Shown here: positions 9,001 through 16,300 of the stretch, in pieces | Layout: every line of letters begins with the position of its first letter | Position numbering within the stretch: the stretch's first letter is position 1 | Source: a virus | Strand: one strand, 5' to 3' | Length of the DNA stretch: 64,000 bases | IMG/VR virus record: IMGVR_UViG_3300046777_001606 | Coordinates: 32,001-96,000 of that record | Position numbers and translations under genes: made by a program | Notes under the pieces: model-generated | The model's database searches: none | Told to the model about the DNA's origin: nothing | What the model saw: only the letters and a program-made list of their open reading frames with translations

Positions 9001-11783
9001 CTTGTTATGATGTACAGTTGAACATTATCAGTTTGACTGGTATTGTTACAACTGTTCTCGGAGCTGCCTCGACAGCAAGCTTACCTGCTAGAAATCTTGG
9101 TAATTTCAATGTTACAGTTGGAGTTGGTAGTACAGTTGGATTTGGATCAACTTCATCTCCTGGCGGTCTTAAGTGTGCCCGAGATCTTGGATATTTTGTT
9201 GATGCAGTTTCTACTGACGTATTTACTGGAGGTAATAATTATTCTAGAAGCTTTACACTCAAATACTTTAGCAATGGAGCTCCACTTTCGCAAGGATTGA
9301 TTGGAGAAGAAGGTCCATCAATATTTGCCTTTAGATATGCTGGCGGATACATGAAGGATGCACTGACAAATCAACTTTATGTTAAGAATCTTGGAATTAG
9401 CTCTGGTCCAGCACTATACAATGGTGCTGGCGGAAATATTGGAGTTGGTAGCACTGCATCATGTAGAGATGTACAGAGCAATGTCGATAATCTTGTAGGA
9501 CTTGTTACTTCTATTATTGGCGCTGGTTCTAGTGTAGGAATTGCATCTACAAACTTTGGATATTTTAGAGTCAATTCACAAACAAACGTCACTAATGCAA
9601 CTATTGTTGGATTTGGAACTACAGTCGGAATTGGTTCCACCAATGTTGTTGGTGGACGTAAGTGTGCCCGCGATTTGGGTTATATTGTTGATGCAGTTGC
9701 ACAGGATGTTTCTTATGGATCTAATCAGCACATAGTTTATGCAACTAAGAAATATTTTAATGGCGCTGGTGTAGCAATTACTAATGGTCTTGTTGGAGAA
9801 ACACAACAATCTATCACGGCTTTCCATGCATTGCGAGATTATGCAAAACTTGCAATAACCAATCAACTTTATAACCAAGATTATAGTATAATCGCGGATC
9901 CAGTTAGCGGTATTAATAGTTCTCTATTATCTTGTGCGAATATAAGATCTAATATTGATACTCTTGTTGGTATTTTAACCGTCGCTATTGGAAGCAGTAG
10001 TTTGTCTGCAGTTCCAGCAGAAACTCTTGGTACTACTGATTGTGCTGACGTAAGATCTGCTCTTGCATCATATGTCGGAATTATTACCACAATTATTGGT
10101 ATCGGTACTTCTGCATGTCCAAGGGTCAGCAATCCATTGTCTAATCCAGTTTCCTTACCAACAACTTTAGGTGCAGCATCATCCACTAGCCCATTCCCAG
10201 AACTTCAAATCGAAGTTACTAAAACACAAAATACAAAATTTGCTGGATGGTCAATTGGAGATCTTGAAGTTTTTGATCCTCTAGATGATCTATTTGATGG
10301 AATAACTAAAAAATTCCCATTATTCTTAGGTGGTACTAGACAAGATATCAGAACCAAAAAAGGATCTACATTGGATATTCAGTCTAACTTACTAATATTC
10401 ATTAATGATATTCTCCAAGTTCCAGGACAAGCATATACATTTACTGGAGGAAGTGTAATCACCTTCTCAGAGGCACCAAGAAGTGGAGATACTTGTAAAA
10501 TCTTGTTCTATAAAGGAACAGGAACCATTGATGTTAGACTTGTAGATATTCTGGAAACAGTTAAAAAGGGTGATGATGTTCAGTTAGTCTCAGATCAATT
10601 CTATGAAACTGAGGATGAGAGAATTGTAAGTTTTATCAATTCTTCAGATAGCATCCAAACTGTAAACTATCGTGGTCTTGGAATATCCAATGATGATACT
10701 TTCAGAAGATCTTTAACTTGGTGCAGACAAACTGAAGATAGAGTGGTTGATGGTGAAGATGTTACAAAGGATAGAATTCTATACGAACCACTAATTAATC
10801 CATCAACAAATATTATAAGAAACGTTGGTATCGGATCTACAGTCATTTTTGTAGATAGCGTTCAACCATTCTTCAATGCAAATAATGAAAATACAACGGC
10901 AGAATATAGATCGAAACTCATTATGGTTTCACAAGATGTTAATCGTAAAGCAATTGCAGAAGCAGTAGTAAGTGTTGGTGGGACTGTAGAGTCTATTACT
11001 ATGATTGAGGGTGGAGCTGGATATATAACACCACCAGAAGTAAGTATTGCAACTCCTATTGGATTCGGAACCACTGCTAGAGCATATGCTACTGCAGTAC
11101 TATCTGGAGATACTGTAGGATCAATTATCGTTTCTAATGGAGGATTTGGATATATTGCAACATTTACTCCACCAGTAGTACATATTGCACCACCAGAAAT
11201 AATAAAAGAAACAATTTCTAATGTAACTTATCTTGGTGATTTTGGTATTATTGTGGGAATCGCAACAACTTCTGTTGGAGTAGCATCAACTGGTATAATA
11301 TTCGATTTTCTAATACCAAATGGTTCTGCAATTAGAGAGATTCTTTATACTGGAGTTGGAGCAACTGATATTAGTGGGATCCAAACTGGATATTATTTCA
11401 CTGTTAAGAATTCTAATATTGGATCTCCTGGATCGGGGTTAATATCATATGATAGAAGTAATAACTTTATTTCTGTTGGATCATCATACTTAGACAATAT
11501 CTATGAAGCATGTAACGTGGTTTTAGCAACAAAAACAATTGTTGGTCTAGGAACAACTACAATTGCTAGAGTGACTGTTAGTGTTAATGACAATTCTGGT
11601 TTATCTGGTCTTTCGTCTGGTTTTTATGGGGATTTTAGTTGGGGTAGAATCTCTGCAACTGAAAGACCAGTTCCACAATCCTTTAATGCATATACATCAT
11701 ATGGAATTGGTGGTATTTCTACCTCTGCTGTTATTAGAAGAGTTAATCCTCTTAGATATATTGGTTATACAACCACAGTATAA
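3..11783 (+). CDS. Giant baseplate wedge protein (gp7-like), 5'-partial; contains a YHYH-like domain and a phycobiliprotein-like insert
   Basis: The frame is open from position 3 (TNASYYVSLV...), so the GTG at 351 is not the true start. It lies directly upstream of gp8. It has repeated GxGY beta modules and the motifs HSPIIGYAYDGNPIYGPYGY and DLDEHNGRYCVTPEYPNGVYAYF. Confidence 0.8.
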   Translation, partial: TNASYYVSLVNAYAVKFHKSFEDANAGINTISLTSYGTGSHRVKSKFKKKKIGSISVKDSGFGYENKKIIVNSSGISTFKNTLYAENHGYSTGELVRYFSTDSTVIGGLSTSTSYYVTVVDDNNFKLSQVGSGQTTIDFYQKTNQFIDLTDTGTGNHIFNYPPIEVSIKGTIGVTTFSGQNFEAVINPVFRGEIKSVFVQNKGISYGSQSIINDNRQPEFILDSGSGAEVLPVILNGAIINVIIRSPGSNYNSPPNLVVTGKGTGAILSPILIDGKLKGVYVVYGGYGYENGSTFINVTPSGTGCELEAQIKTWTINKVQRNITTNQISDDDGFIDNGTNTDYGLQYSHAYAPRTLRRRILSSKIQNGQYVFSPDLQLSSGIEIASSSHSPIIGYAYDGNPIYGPYGYDTPEGGTIRSMISSYEQSLSIERPDTNLYPAGFFIEDFVYTGSGDLDEHNGRYCVTPEYPNGVYAYFATIFNGSPDGSGIFVRYKRPVFPYFIGDSYKSKPIDFNFDYRSNQDLTDINATGWVRNTTPYGLLKSKTSYEYVINPTKIKQQKTYIQGTSRGSVDSIGILTAGNLYQVNDKIVFDPTVQSNIKASAKVSKVKGSFVTTVSLASSVTNAEFILYNSGTNLIGFTSSPHGFSNNDIVNVVINDKEQKTGNIKTSTNNLYLTAGVPIPSVTGAVTYFKVTGNLNYPNIKENDIYIINNKEQVKVLEIDAKSSRIKVLRNITSAGGITSYSSSQRLIEKTRRLQIDLGISTTYQYNLNKEIYFNPREALGIGTTSGVGITTTLQFSDPGVGIASITIPTRAIYLPNHGLETNTELIYSANSGTPISISTNGSVSYQIPDNSIVYCAKFSNDLIGISTTKLGIGSTGSFVGLGSEVSYLMYFIATGVGNTHSFKTNYPNVLKGKITRNVVTVSTASSHGLSIDDKIDLTCIAGITTNVKIVYNDFNRRLLVNPRNFVASDIDVQNDIITIPNHQYTMGQKIIHTSTSPASGLSNNKIYYAIVVDKDRIKLADTYYDSTNKIPATVGIASTSFGTIAAVNPPIKIARNQNIVFDVSDSSLSFIKDNLQYSAFDLNFYEDSNFRNPYLKSPSSATFDVIKSGNIGIDSTAKVTLNIKQDTPQNLYYQLEVVNKNINTQIKKDLFIDNELVNNNNTLILVDSKYNGTHTVSGVTSTAFTFNIAETPEVGSYSYIQSNLSYITSSETAFGSIEKITILDSGFGYEIVPKVSEIISDYGFGALLYPKSETIGNIKTSKIADIGFDYSADLTIRPSSKFPDLIKISPLTSFESIGVTTSGRRYSTVPDLIVLDGYTGELVDDVELSYDIRNKKVEIITNTKSLYNVEPRIIPINNSNGVGISSVFFDTSSKDVIVTLGSSFSNAADFPFDIGSKVFVEGISVGVNSTGKGYNSDGYQYQLFTVTNTDPNIGGADPTVTYNLTEFLGVGELPGRYDRVNSVGRIIPEFQLAKFNSVLVDPKEIVYFVGEEISSTDNTGIVNSIDTRTDLIKVTSGGNFYIGDLLEGKTSGTLGYIIDIKKFESNYDVFPTSLVRKGWKKETGTLNNSFQRIHDSDYHQYFSYSVKSPIPYDTWNDAVSALNHTSGFKKFSDLIIETNNFVGIDTNQDNATFVRIDFISEMDLNCVTDFDLATENSLLVKNKYVSNEIRPISRILLDYQQSINNRVLTIDDIGPQFNSAERFNKYTIIDSFDLFTNNTYRARKYLAFIRDKRFVNDREVLLISTLHNSFEGYVTQYGRTETSYDLGFFDFLVFGTVGNLAFYPRKFAVNDFDVNLLTYDLRDSFAGIASTSVGTIANINSSTVQIASGVSTATTIVSIASSYRSAKLIVEISGINPGISSTTPYYFSEISLLHDGTNVYQSEYGNLSNEPFTASVGVGICTFNAYLSGSDIKLDLIPNAGLSTTINVNTLAVSIGNSAFTGVGTFVVATSEISSKYTSIASSTSPIQNSVASYSYDAYSGGYFIFSIEDTTNNSYEMCEVVVCNDNTEAYINDFGNVQSSVGLGTFGVGFSTSLINVYFTPNPNINVQVRAYQNALGNYDDQYPTEIGFTNSSITADSGVYVGTKRDIQRTFNLTYKNNDIFQRAFSGESSTVVDLTKDQIRLPNHYFVTGEEVTYVPRGKGTVAPIGIATTSIPGIGTTDKLPSTLYIVKVDELNVKVATSASNALKTTPEVLDLTSVGIGTSHIFICKNQNARVLISIDNVIQSPIVAAAITASLSQRITPVDNVIQVVSGISSYASGELLKIDDEIMLIESLGFGATNAILVQRPWLGTVLATHEANSVITKITGDYNITNNAINFVDAPYGLTPLSSTTNIAPERDWIGISTRSSFNGRSFMRSGFPNGTNTPYALNYVFDNISDQFNGFSTSFILKNNKQNIAGIQTSNAIILLKDVFQGPNRIGGGTVDVVSNYALTENSGITTIIFNASASPTTYDINNSNIPVGGVIISLGSSSIGWNDYQAPMGAGGTAIVSAAGTISAVRINNAGGGYRTGIQTFVRVGVRTNAEAGKITYVGFASISGGRVLGVAITNGGVGFASTNPPQVVIEKPVPYSNIPLIYSSSNPGGAAAGVGTGAKIDLYISQEGEAKDWTLINLGYGYKPGEILTVGLDTSGVFGIPKEYLGRFADGGNLLSKNRAFVQEEVVAYVEFNFPGISTSPTYDRAKCKRDVGYIVDAITFDLAFGGNSESISAGLAYWNAGASYVANERAETIFAYDYVKFIGQYIINNQSPPTLYQFPIVENQVFDFTLIQDYENNNANYFHRRKDARNLIVGNRQEIIDRSLAAVAVGYTNFYFPGEAQTTPRSRYYDAHRLIQLNKQEVIDRSLASVAIGYSDFYFPGDAQTTNRSRYYDAYRLIQNNRSEIVGSAWTAVSTAYPGVTTTASKCQRDLGYFVDAVSTDVFTGGNNYAREFTLQYFSNGSLIPNGVLGVQTESIFAFHSARDFMRLAVRNQLTYTDLGISSGPPTYGIGSTVGIASTAACYDVQLNIISLTGIVTTVLGAASTASLPARNLGNFNVTVGVGSTVGFGSTSSPGGLKCARDLGYFVDAVSTDVFTGGNNYSRSFTLKYFSNGAPLSQGLIGEEGPSIFAFRYAGGYMKDALTNQLYVKNLGISSGPALYNGAGGNIGVGSTASCRDVQSNVDNLVGLVTSIIGAGSSVGIASTNFGYFRVNSQTNVTNATIVGFGTTVGIGSTNVVGGRKCARDLGYIVDAVAQDVSYGSNQHIVYATKKYFNGAGVAITNGLVGETQQSITAFHALRDYAKLAITNQLYNQDYSIIADPVSGINSSLLSCANIRSNIDTLVGILTVAIGSSSLSAVPAETLGTTDCADVRSALASYVGIITTIIGIGTSACPRVSNPLSNPVSLPTTLGAASSTSPFPELQIEVTKTQNTKFAGWSIGDLEVFDPLDDLFDGITKKFPLFLGGTRQDIRTKKGSTLDIQSNLLIFINDILQVPGQAYTFTGGSVITFSEAPRSGDTCKILFYKGTGTIDVRLVDILETVKKGDDVQLVSDQFYETEDERIVSFINSSDSIQTVNYRGLGISNDDTFRRSLTWCRQTEDRVVDGEDVTKDRILYEPLINPSTNIIRNVGIGSTVIFVDSVQPFFNANNENTTAEYRSKLIMVSQDVNRKAIAEAVVSVGGTVESITMIEGGAGYITPPEVSIATPIGFGTTARAYATAVLSGDTVGSIIVSNGGFGYIATFTPPVVHIAPPEIIKETISNVTYLGDFGIIVGIATTSVGVASTGIIFDFLIPNGSAIREILYTGVGATDISGIQTGYYFTVKNSNIGSPGSGLISYDRSNNFISVGSSYLDNIYEACNVVLATKTIVGLGTTTIARVTVSVNDNSGLSGLSSGFYGDFSWGRISATERPVPQSFNAYTSYGIGGISTSAVIRRVNPLRYIGYTTTV
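8724..9229 (+). repeat. Identical 50-bp direct repeat (8724-8773 and 9180-9229) encoding RDLGYFVDAVSTDVFTG
   Basis: cgagatcttggatattttgttgatgcagtttctactgacgtatttactgg is read at both positions. Confidence 0.9.
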
Positions 11784-11786
11784 ATA
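11779..11786 (+). promoter_or_regulatory. T4-type late promoter (TATAAATA)
   Basis: Exact gp55 consensus 17 nt upstream of the gp8 start. Confidence 0.8.
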
Positions 11787-11803
11787 AATAAAAAACTGCA
11801 AAA

Positions 11804-13357
11804 ATGGCTGCAATTATAACTGATCAACTTAGAATATTTAATGCATCGAACTTTGTTTCTGTTGCAAATTCTACCGACACTTCATTATATGCCTTTGTTG
11901 GTTTACCAAACCCAATTGATTATAAATCTGATTGGGACTTTAGTCCGCCAGTTCCAAAAGATTCCTTCGAGCAAGAAGATGATTATTGGGACACTATAAT
12001 TGCATTGAAAAGAATTACTAGCGGTGATATTCGTCAGGTTATTAGAAAAATAACTTGGACCTCTGGAGATACTTATGATATGTATCGCCATGATGTTAGT
12101 AGGACTAATACTTCTAAACCTTCTGGAAGTACAAGCTTGTATGGGGCAAATTATTATGTTCTTACTGAAGATTATAGGGTTTATATTTGTATACAAAATG
12201 GAACTGATCCAGAAAATCCAGAAGGCAGACCATCTCTTGACGAGCCGACTTTTACGGACTTAGAACCAAAATCGGCAGGTACAAGTAATGATGGATATAT
12301 TTGGAAATATCTTTTTACTGTAAAACCTGCCGATATTATTAAATACGACTCTGTTGAATTTATTCCTGTTCCATTAAACTGGGAAACAAACACTGAAAAT
12401 GCAGAAGTAAGAGATAACGCTGCAACTAGTGGTCAAATCAAAATCGCAACTATTACAAATAGAGGTGTTGCCCTCGGAGCTCCAAACCAAACATATACCA
12501 ATGTTCCAATTAAAGGAGATGGTACTGGAGCAGAATGCACTATCGTTGTAAATAATGATTCAAAAGTAGATTCAATTACCATTTCCAATGGTGGTTCTGG
12601 ATATACTCATGGTAGAATTGATTTAGTTGCTGGAGGAGTTCCAACAGGATCTACAACTCCAACTTTTGATGTTATTATTCCACCAAGAGGTGGTCATGGA
12701 GCTAACATTTATAGGGAACTTGGTGCTTATTATGTTTCGTTATATGCAAGAATTGAAAATGATAATCAAAATCCAGATTTTATAACAGGAAACCAGGTTG
12801 CTAGAATTGGTATCATTGAAAACCCATTAGCGTATTCTTCAGAAAGTGTGCTTTCTATTGAAAAGGCGAGTAATGTTTATGCTCTGAAATTGATCGGGGC
12901 AGGATATAGTTCCGCAATATTTCTTCCAGATGCAAGAATTACTCAAACAATTGGTGTTGGATCTACTGCTGTTGGAAGAGTTGTTTCTTATGACGAAAAC
13001 ACTGGAGTATTGAAATACTGGCAAGATAAAAGTCTTGTTGGATTTAATTCTGATGGATCACAAAAACAATCGCCTCCATACGGATTAAATATAAATCGTT
13101 TTACTGCAGAGCCAGATGTTGGGGGATCCGTAAATGTTCTTGGTGGAAATATAACTTTGGGTATTGATACTTCTTATACTGGTATATCTACAGTAATAAA
13201 TAATAGAACATACTACCTTGGTCAGTCATTTACAAGAGGAGTTTCTAATCCAGAAGTTAAAAAATACTCTGGAAATATAATTTACGTGGATAATAGACCT
13301 GCCATTACTAGGTCTGCAAATCAAAAAGAAGATATTAAAGTTATTTTGCAGTTCTAA
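11804..13357 (+). CDS. gp8: Baseplate wedge subunit gp8
   Basis: MAAIITDQLRI N-terminus, YDMYRHD, DGYIWKYLFT and YSGNIIYVDNR...QKEDIKVILQF C-terminus. Confidence 0.9.
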   Translation: MAAIITDQLRIFNASNFVSVANSTDTSLYAFVGLPNPIDYKSDWDFSPPVPKDSFEQEDDYWDTIIALKRITSGDIRQVIRKITWTSGDTYDMYRHDVSRTNTSKPSGSTSLYGANYYVLTEDYRVYICIQNGTDPENPEGRPSLDEPTFTDLEPKSAGTSNDGYIWKYLFTVKPADIIKYDSVEFIPVPLNWETNTENAEVRDNAATSGQIKIATITNRGVALGAPNQTYTNVPIKGDGTGAECTIVVNNDSKVDSITISNGGSGYTHGRIDLVAGGVPTGSTTPTFDVIIPPRGGHGANIYRELGAYYVSLYARIENDNQNPDFITGNQVARIGIIENPLAYSSESVLSIEKASNVYALKLIGAGYSSAIFLPDARITQTIGVGSTAVGRVVSYDENTGVLKYWQDKSLVGFNSDGSQKQSPPYGLNINRFTAEPDVGGSVNVLGGNITLGIDTSYTGISTVINNRTYYLGQSFTRGVSNPEVKKYSGNIIYVDNRPAITRSANQKEDIKVILQF

Positions 13358-13363
13358 AGAATC

Positions 13364-16300
13364 ATGCCCCAAAAAACAAACCTCAATGTTTCTCCATATT
13401 TTGATGATTTTGATCCGAGAGATAATTACTATAAAGTCCTTTTTAAGCCAGGATATCCTGTTCAGGCTAGAGAATTAACAACGTTACAATCAATTCTTCT
13501 CAACCAATCAGAATCCTTTGGTAAGCATATATTTAAGGAAGGATCTGTAGTAATTCCTGGACAAGTAAGATACGACAATCCAATATACGCAGTTGAAATT
13601 GAATCAGAATTTAATGGAATTCCTATTTCATTATATTTTGATGAGATGCTCAACAAAACTGTTATTGGGGCAGATAGTGGAGTTAAAGCAACTATTTTTT
13701 ATTTACTAAAGAATACCGAATCTGAAAGAGGAAATTATACAATTTATGTAAAATATATTTCTGCAGGTGGGACAGACTTTACTAATAAAAAGTTCTTTGA
13801 TAATGAAAATTTAATCTTAGATACTGATTTAACTTATAGTGGGATTACAATTCCAAGTGGACAAGAATTTGTAAAAACAATCCAAACAAATGCTACCTCC
13901 GAAGGATCTTCTGCAACTGTAGCAGATGGTGTATATTTTATCAGAGGTATTTTCGCAAACGTCAATACTCAAACTATTCTTTTAGATCAGTACGGAACTT
14001 CACCTTCATATAGAGTTGGATTTACTGTTGTTGAGTCCATAGTTACTTCAGATGATGATCCAGATTTATATGATAATGCACAAGGATTTTCAAATTTCTC
14101 TGCTCCTGGAGCAGATAGATTTAAATTAGACTTAATTTTCTCTAAAAAAGAAATCACAGATACTGATACAGATTCTTTTGTTGAAATATTAAGAGTAACA
14201 AACGGAGTACCTGAGTATTTAAATTTAAACCCACAATATAATATTCTCAGAGAAGAAATTGCAAGAAGAGTTTATGATCAATCTGGTGATTTCTTTGTAA
14301 AACCATTTACTCTTTATTTAAGAGACAGTTTAAATAATAGAACAACAACAGATGGTCTTTATTATGATGATCAGATTACGATCAATGGTAATAAACCATC
14401 TGACAATTTAATGATTTATGAAATTGGTCCAGGAAAAGCATACGTTAATGGATTTGATATTGAAACCAGATCAAAAAGATTTTTAGACGTAGAAAAACCA
14501 AGAACAACAAATACAATACAAGCAAATAATGTAACATATAATGCAGGGTTACTTTTCCCTGTAAATAATGGATATGGAGCTCCTCCCATAGGATTGGGAA
14601 CAGATGTAACATTAAGTTTGATGAATTCTAGAAAGAATTCTGATCCATCTGTTGCGGCAGGAACTACTATCGGATTAGCTCGTATATATGATTTTGTTCC
14701 CGAATCAAATTATGAAAATGCATCTAGTAGATTATCATTGAGATTATTTGATGTTCAAACTTACACTGTGATTGGTCTAACAACATCTATAACTCAATCA
14801 ACTCCAGCTGTTATAAAAGGTTCCAGAAGTAAAGCAACTGGATATTTGAGATCCAGCGTTACTGGTTCAAGTTCTTTAACTCTATATGACGTATCTGGAT
14901 CATTTATAGAAAATGAAGCGATTTCTATAAATGGCATTTCAAATGGAAGATTAATTAAAACAGTAACTGATTATGATATCTCAGATGTAAGATCTGTATA
15001 CGGAAAAGTTGGAACAACTACTTTTACTGCAGATACTATCTTAGAAAATAAGCAACTAATAGCTCCTGCAGGATCGACATTTCAAATTACCGCAAGATTT
15101 AGTGGTATAAGCACGGTATCCTGTGGATTAAACACCACTTTTATTAATAGTGTAAAAGTAAATGATATTATCACATATTCAAGTCCAAATCCAACTTCAG
15201 TACCAATTTATAATAGAGTAGCAAGTATTGGTGCTGGCGGTACATTTTTTACAATTGCTGGTCTCACCACCGTATCTGGTATTTGTGATGGAACTTTACC
15301 AGCATCTTCGGTTACAGTTTCAAATATTACAAAACTTTATGGTTCTGTTTATAATCAATCAGATGCCTCTTTATTAACTTTACTCCCACAATCAGTAATT
15401 TCTAATATTTCTTTAGAAAATAATATTTTACGCCAAAGAATTGACTTCAAAACGGTAACTATTACTGCATCTTCACTAACTATTCAAATTACTGAACCAG
15501 ATTTATATTTCGAGTCATTTGATGAAGATAGATTTGTTATTAGTTATAGTGATGGAACTATTGAACCATTAAGAAGAGATAAGTATAGTTTAGATGTCAC
15601 AGGAAAAATACTAACCTTCAATGGGTTATCTAAAACAACAGGAACAGCAAACGTAATTGCAACGGTTAAGAATTTAAAACCTAACTCCAAAAATAAAAAG
15701 TTCAATAAAGTTTCAACATTAGTCATTGATAGATCAAGATTAACATCGTCCGGTATTGGATCAACAACATTAAACGATGGATTAACCTATAGTCAAGTCT
15801 ATGGTACTAGAGTACAAGATGAAGATATTTGTCTTAACGTTCCCGATGTTGTAAGAGTTTTAGCTGTATATGAATCGGATTCCACATCAGATCCATCAAT
15901 TCCAAAATTAGAATTATCTTCATTTACAGGTCAAACAAACTCTACAGCAGATTTTAACTTAGGTGAAGAACTTTTAGGAAAAACTAGTGGATCTGTTGCT
16001 TTAGTTGTTAATAAAGTTAATGCAACTAATATAGAAGTTGTGTATTTAAATGCATTTGAATTTGTTGAGGGTGAAGAAATAGTTTCGAAAGAAACTGCTG
16101 TAACTGCAAAAATAACAACGAAATATACAGTAAGTAAAAATATAACACAAAATTATAATTTCGATAACGGGCAAAGAGCTACATTATATGATTATGGTAG
16201 AATTATTAGAAAAACTAATGTTGCTGCACCAACTAAAAAGATAGAAATAATATTCCAATACTATAGTATTGATAGCAATGATACTGGCGAATTTATAACT

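Noticed and set aside
8724-9229. 50-bp duplicate as a diversity-generating retroelement TR/VR pair
   Set aside because: The copies are identical rather than adenine-mutated, both are coding, and there is no reverse transcriptase in the window.
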